This document shows, in pieces, positions 60,481 through 64,000 of a stretch of DNA of 64,000 nt; within the stretch, counting starts at the first letter, position 1, and each line of letters begins with the position of its first letter. Source of the DNA: a bacterium (GTDB taxonomy: Bacteria; CLD3; SB21); NCBI GenBank assembly GCA_008933615.1, contig WBUR01000003.1, positions 16,340 to 80,339 of the forward strand, in the 5' to 3' direction. A program made the translations under genes and the position numbers. The notes below the pieces were generated by a model. It searched no databases. It was not told the origin of the DNA and saw only the letters and a program-made list of their open reading frames with translations.

Positions 60481-62646
60481 ATGAAAAATTTTTTCCCATT
60501 TTTATTTTTTGTATCCCTTTGCTTCCAACTATCTTCCGTATTTTCGCAATCCCCAAAACCTCTCGATCTTAAAGACAGCATTAAAATTCTCAGGAAAGAA
60601 CTAAAAAGTAATCCCGACGGCTCGCGCCTGCGTTTCGAACTGGCGAAATTATATCTTTCTGACGACGAATACGGCGGGATCATCGATCTATACGAAAAAA
60701 AATTCGATAAGAAAGAATGCACTGCCGCAGAATATAAAATGTACGCCGTTGCGCGGATCAGAAATTATGAAAAAATGGTTATCACCGGCAAAATACTATC
60801 CAAAATACCGATCGCATCCATGTTTCATTCCGATTTGTCCGACGCGGGAAAAGCCTTGGACCTAGTTCTGCAACAGGACTCTGCAGACCTTGAGGCTAAA
60901 TTCTTTAAAGGCGTTTTACGCTGCGTAAACGGAAAAGAAACTGAAGCGGAAAATATATTTCGGGAGATCATTACAGCCGATCCTTATTTTAAGACGTACA
61001 TTTTTTATGATGCGTGGCTGGAACTTGGAGCGCTTTTAAGAAAACAGGAACGATGGAAAGAAGCCAATGAGTTGTTTGAGAAACGAGCCGCTCTCGACAG
61101 CGCAGATACGTGGCCGATGATCCAATTGGCCTTGTCTTACATAGACGTAAAAAAAGATGAAGGCGCCACCCGCGCATTTTACCGGGGATTACGATCCGTT
61201 TCAGATCAAAAGAATATCGAGCAATTGTACTTAGAAGCATTACCGATCGCTACGAAAGAAGAAATTAATGTATGGAAAGTACTGGCCGCTCCCGCGGATC
61301 AACTCCAATTTCTACAGACATTCTGGAAAAGCCGCGATCCAAATCTCGTCGATGCTGTGAATGAACGATTGGTCGAACATTACCGCCGTGTGCAGCATGC
61401 GCGCACATATTACAAAAAAATTCGCTCGCCGTACTTCGATGACCGCGGATTAGTTTACATCAAAATGGGCCCGCCTGACAAATACTTTACAGGAGTCAAT
61501 GACGCGTCCTGGGTGTACGAAAGCACGAATGAACATTTCGATTTTGTTGATGTAGGGCATGGCACGTACGAGATCCGGCCTTTATCTGATGCGGTACCTC
61601 TTGCAGGGAGCGCGCAGGAGCGGTTCGCTGCCTTGTACAATCTTCTGGATGCGCGTAGAAATTACCATACCGACTACGAACGCCTGGCCAACCGGATGAA
61701 AGGCGCCGAAAATAGTATTTCAGTTGAGCGTAACGCACAGCAGGTGCTTGGCGTTTATCAAAGCAATCTGAATATAATCGAACAACAATTGAATACCATT
61801 ACACTGAGTAAGCCTGTAAACGAAAAATTCGATTTCAACACCGGCGCACAGCCCTTGCAAATCAACGCAAACTTCGCCTCTTTCAAAAGTACCAATTCTT
61901 CTCGCCTGGACTTTTATTATATGATTCCCGTTCAGCGGCTGAAATTCATGCCGGTCGAGAACGTTTATGATAAATCTTTTCTCACCGTGAAAGCGAAAAT
62001 ATTCGACACTACGTATCAGGAAATTAATTATCTCGAAAGAGACTACCGTATCACCAGCGTGGATTCCACGTTGCAATCGGAATATTACATAATTGACGAA
62101 CTGCGCAGCCTGCTTAAGCCCGGTAATTATCTGCTGGCACTAGACATTCGTAACAATCTGAATGAAAAGATAGGAATTTACAAAATCAAGCTTCGCGTCC
62201 GAGATTATTCTTCCAGACAACTCACGATCAGCGACATTGAACTATCCTCCTCGGTGAGTCAGCAGGTAATCATTGACAAGTTCATCAAACCCGATACGAA
62301 ATTGCGCGTCGTTCCAAACCCCGCGGGTTTGAGCCCAAAATCGAAACCGCTGACCATTTATTATGAAATCTATAATCTGACGTTGGATAATGAAGGGATG
62401 AGTTCGTACGAAGTATCTTATACGATAGACACCAAATCCAAGAAGAATTTTTTTGCAAAACTCTTTTCAGGCAACTCGAGTATCAGTTCTACGACGCTCA
62501 AGACCGGCGCATCAACTCTTGAAAGAGAATACATTGCGTTCGATATCAGCGAATTGCCGGAAGGGAAAGCTTTCCTAAGCGTGAAAGTAACCGATCAATT
62601 AAGCAATAAATCAGCAGTATCCTCAATCGAACTGAAAATAAAATAA
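60481..62646 (+). CDS. Secreted TPR + GWxTD-domain protein
   Basis: Signal peptide from ATG 60481, TPRs, 'FWKSRDP...NERLVEHYRRVQHA...DDRGLVYIKMGPPD...WVY', C-terminal Ig-like 'PGNY.L...ISDIELS...VVPNP...YYEIYNL'. Confidence 0.85.
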   Translation: MKNFFPFLFFVSLCFQLSSVFSQSPKPLDLKDSIKILRKELKSNPDGSRLRFELAKLYLSDDEYGGIIDLYEKKFDKKECTAAEYKMYAVARIRNYEKMVITGKILSKIPIASMFHSDLSDAGKALDLVLQQDSADLEAKFFKGVLRCVNGKETEAENIFREIITADPYFKTYIFYDAWLELGALLRKQERWKEANELFEKRAALDSADTWPMIQLALSYIDVKKDEGATRAFYRGLRSVSDQKNIEQLYLEALPIATKEEINVWKVLAAPADQLQFLQTFWKSRDPNLVDAVNERLVEHYRRVQHARTYYKKIRSPYFDDRGLVYIKMGPPDKYFTGVNDASWVYESTNEHFDFVDVGHGTYEIRPLSDAVPLAGSAQERFAALYNLLDARRNYHTDYERLANRMKGAENSISVERNAQQVLGVYQSNLNIIEQQLNTITLSKPVNEKFDFNTGAQPLQINANFASFKSTNSSRLDFYYMIPVQRLKFMPVENVYDKSFLTVKAKIFDTTYQEINYLERDYRITSVDSTLQSEYYIIDELRSLLKPGNYLLALDIRNNLNEKIGIYKIKLRVRDYSSRQLTISDIELSSSVSQQVIIDKFIKPDTKLRVVPNPAGLSPKSKPLTIYYEIYNLTLDNEGMSSYEVSYTIDTKSKKNFFAKLFSGNSSISSTTLKTGASTLEREYIAFDISELPEGKAFLSVKVTDQLSNKSAVSSIELKIK

Positions 62647-62843
62647 ATCGAGCGTTGTCGCCAACAAAGTTATTTGCACATCAAGGCGATTGTACATACC
62701 AATTCCCAAATCGTTAAAAGACCTTGATATATCCCTCATAGTTCAGTACCATTATTCCTAGAATTTATTTCTATCCATTGTTGATACCGGTAAGCTGTTG
62801 GGTTCATCGTTAGCTCAGAAAATAAAAGGTTAGTGAAGGCTCG

Positions 62844-63809
62844 GTGGTCGATTTGAATAAGATGTCTGACACCATATCAAGACTTTCGTGTTGGCTGATG
62901 GTATACGTTTGTGCGGGGCTAATTTCCGGATGTTCGGTGAAAACCATGGCTGTGAATTCTATAGCCGACGCCCTCAGTGAGGGTAATGCCGGCGTCTATG
63001 CGACGGATGACGATCCGGAGTTGGTCGGCGACGCGCTGCCGTTTGCCCTCAAGACGATGGAATCTCTTTTAGAAGCCACACCGCGGCACAAAAAACTGCT
63101 TATCGCCACTGCTTCCGGTTTTGTTTTGTATGCGCACGCGTACATCGTACGTCCGGCAGATGCGATGGAGTCGACCCATTTCGATGTTGCACGTGAACAG
63201 CGCGCGCGCGCCAAACGATTGTTCCTTCGGGCGCGAGGCTACGGACTGCGGGCGCTCGAACTTAACTATCCGTCCATTTCCGACTCGTTATTAAACAACC
63301 GGGTTTCGATATTGTCCAATTGCCGGAAGGAAGACGTCCCAGCCCTGTATTGGACTGCGGCCGCATGGGGCTCGGCCATTTCCGTAGCTAAGAGTGACAT
63401 GGTTCTGGTGAGTAATTTCCCCGTTGCCGCGGCCATGATGGAACGAGCCTTGCAGCTTGACGAGGCGTGGGGTCAGGGCGCCATTCACGAGTTTTTTATT
63501 ATCTTGTCTGCGGGAAAGTCGGAATCGGAAGGCGGCGGAATCAAGCAGGCAGAACGCCATTTTAACAGAGCAATGGAACTTAATGGCGGACGATCCATCA
63601 GTCCGTTAGTTACCATGGCAGAATCCGTTTGCGTATTGAAGCAGGATCGAATAAAGTTTGAACAGTTATTGAAACAAGCGCTGGAATTTGACGTCCATCG
63701 GTATCCCGAAAACCGGCTGGCGAATATATTCGCTCAGCGTAAGGCGCAAAATCTAATGCTCAATATTGACAATCTCTTTTTTGCAGATGGCGATGGATCA
63801 GAAAGATAG
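62844..63809 (+). CDS. TRAP transporter TatT (TPAT T-component) lipoprotein
   Basis: Lipobox 'ISGC', 'DDDPELVGDALPFALK..ESLL', 'RAKRLFLRARGYGLRAL', 'LYWTAAAW', 'HFNRAMEL'. Followed by a DctP-like gene. Confidence 0.85.
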   Translation: MVDLNKMSDTISRLSCWLMVYVCAGLISGCSVKTMAVNSIADALSEGNAGVYATDDDPELVGDALPFALKTMESLLEATPRHKKLLIATASGFVLYAHAYIVRPADAMESTHFDVAREQRARAKRLFLRARGYGLRALELNYPSISDSLLNNRVSILSNCRKEDVPALYWTAAAWGSAISVAKSDMVLVSNFPVAAAMMERALQLDEAWGQGAIHEFFIILSAGKSESEGGGIKQAERHFNRAMELNGGRSISPLVTMAESVCVLKQDRIKFEQLLKQALEFDVHRYPENRLANIFAQRKAQNLMLNIDNLFFADGDGSER

Positions 63810-63861
63810 TTTTGAATAAGAATTCTGATAATTTATGTAACCAACGCGAGGAGCATATCCC

Positions 63862-64000
63862 ATGATTTTCGGTATTATTCGGCCGGTTGTAATCTATTTA
63901 TTTCTCCAGATATTTTGCACGGTTTCCATGTTTACAATGGATTCCGCGGAATACGAAAGCTCACGATCTGTCGTGATAAAGATGGCGACGCTGGCCCCCA
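63862..64000 (+). CDS. TRAP substrate-binding protein DctP/TatP, N-terminal fragment
   Basis: GAGGAG RBS, ATG 63862, signal peptide, then 'VIKMATLAP' (DctP N-terminal signature). Runs off the window. Confidence 0.75.
   Translation, partial: MIFGIIRPVVIYLFLQIFCTVSMFTMDSAEYESSRSVVIKMATLAP

Noticed and set aside
1..64000. CRISPR array, tRNA, rRNA, integrase or transposase
   Set aside because: No regularly spaced repeats, cloverleafs or recombinase motifs seen by eye. The intergenic gaps are too short for rRNA.

Overview
Gene-dense window from a Gram-negative (diderm) bacterium. It is probably FCB-superphylum-like, inferred from a secreted protein with a 'QNYPNPFNPST...TRKMVLIK' C-terminal sorting domain, a GWxTD protein, LolA, tricorn and a Caldithrix-type DPP III. 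From left to right: (1) the end of an MBOAT acyltransferase, an unannotated DltX-like 44-aa microprotein and a radical SAM/SPASM enzyme; (2) a complex I (nuo) operon with no nuoB, interrupted by a lipoprotein gene (nuoF/G) and by a secreted S33 hydrolase plus an unusual Zn-ribbon-TPR-Clp/Hsp100 fusion (nuoM/N); (3) housekeeping genes (ddl, crotonase, EF-G2, glutaminase, beta-CASP RNase, rluD, fbaB, xseA, lolA-like, menA-like); (4) secreted proteases, a LiaF/LytS/LytTR module and an AraC-amidohydrolase islet; (5) a translationally coupled minus-strand cassette of XRE-HTH regulator, tRNA-dependent cyclodipeptide synthase (CDPS), Na+:solute symporter and YkgJ Cys-cluster protein, just upstream of truA; (6) a GWxTD protein and the start of a TatT/TatP TRAP locus. 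The best candidates for undescribed biology are the CDPS cassette, the TPR-Clp fusion in the nuo operon, the DltX-like microprotein and a ~186-nt highly structured intergenic element. No rRNA, tRNA, CRISPR array or intact transposase was seen. All family calls come from motifs recognised by eye, not from database searches.
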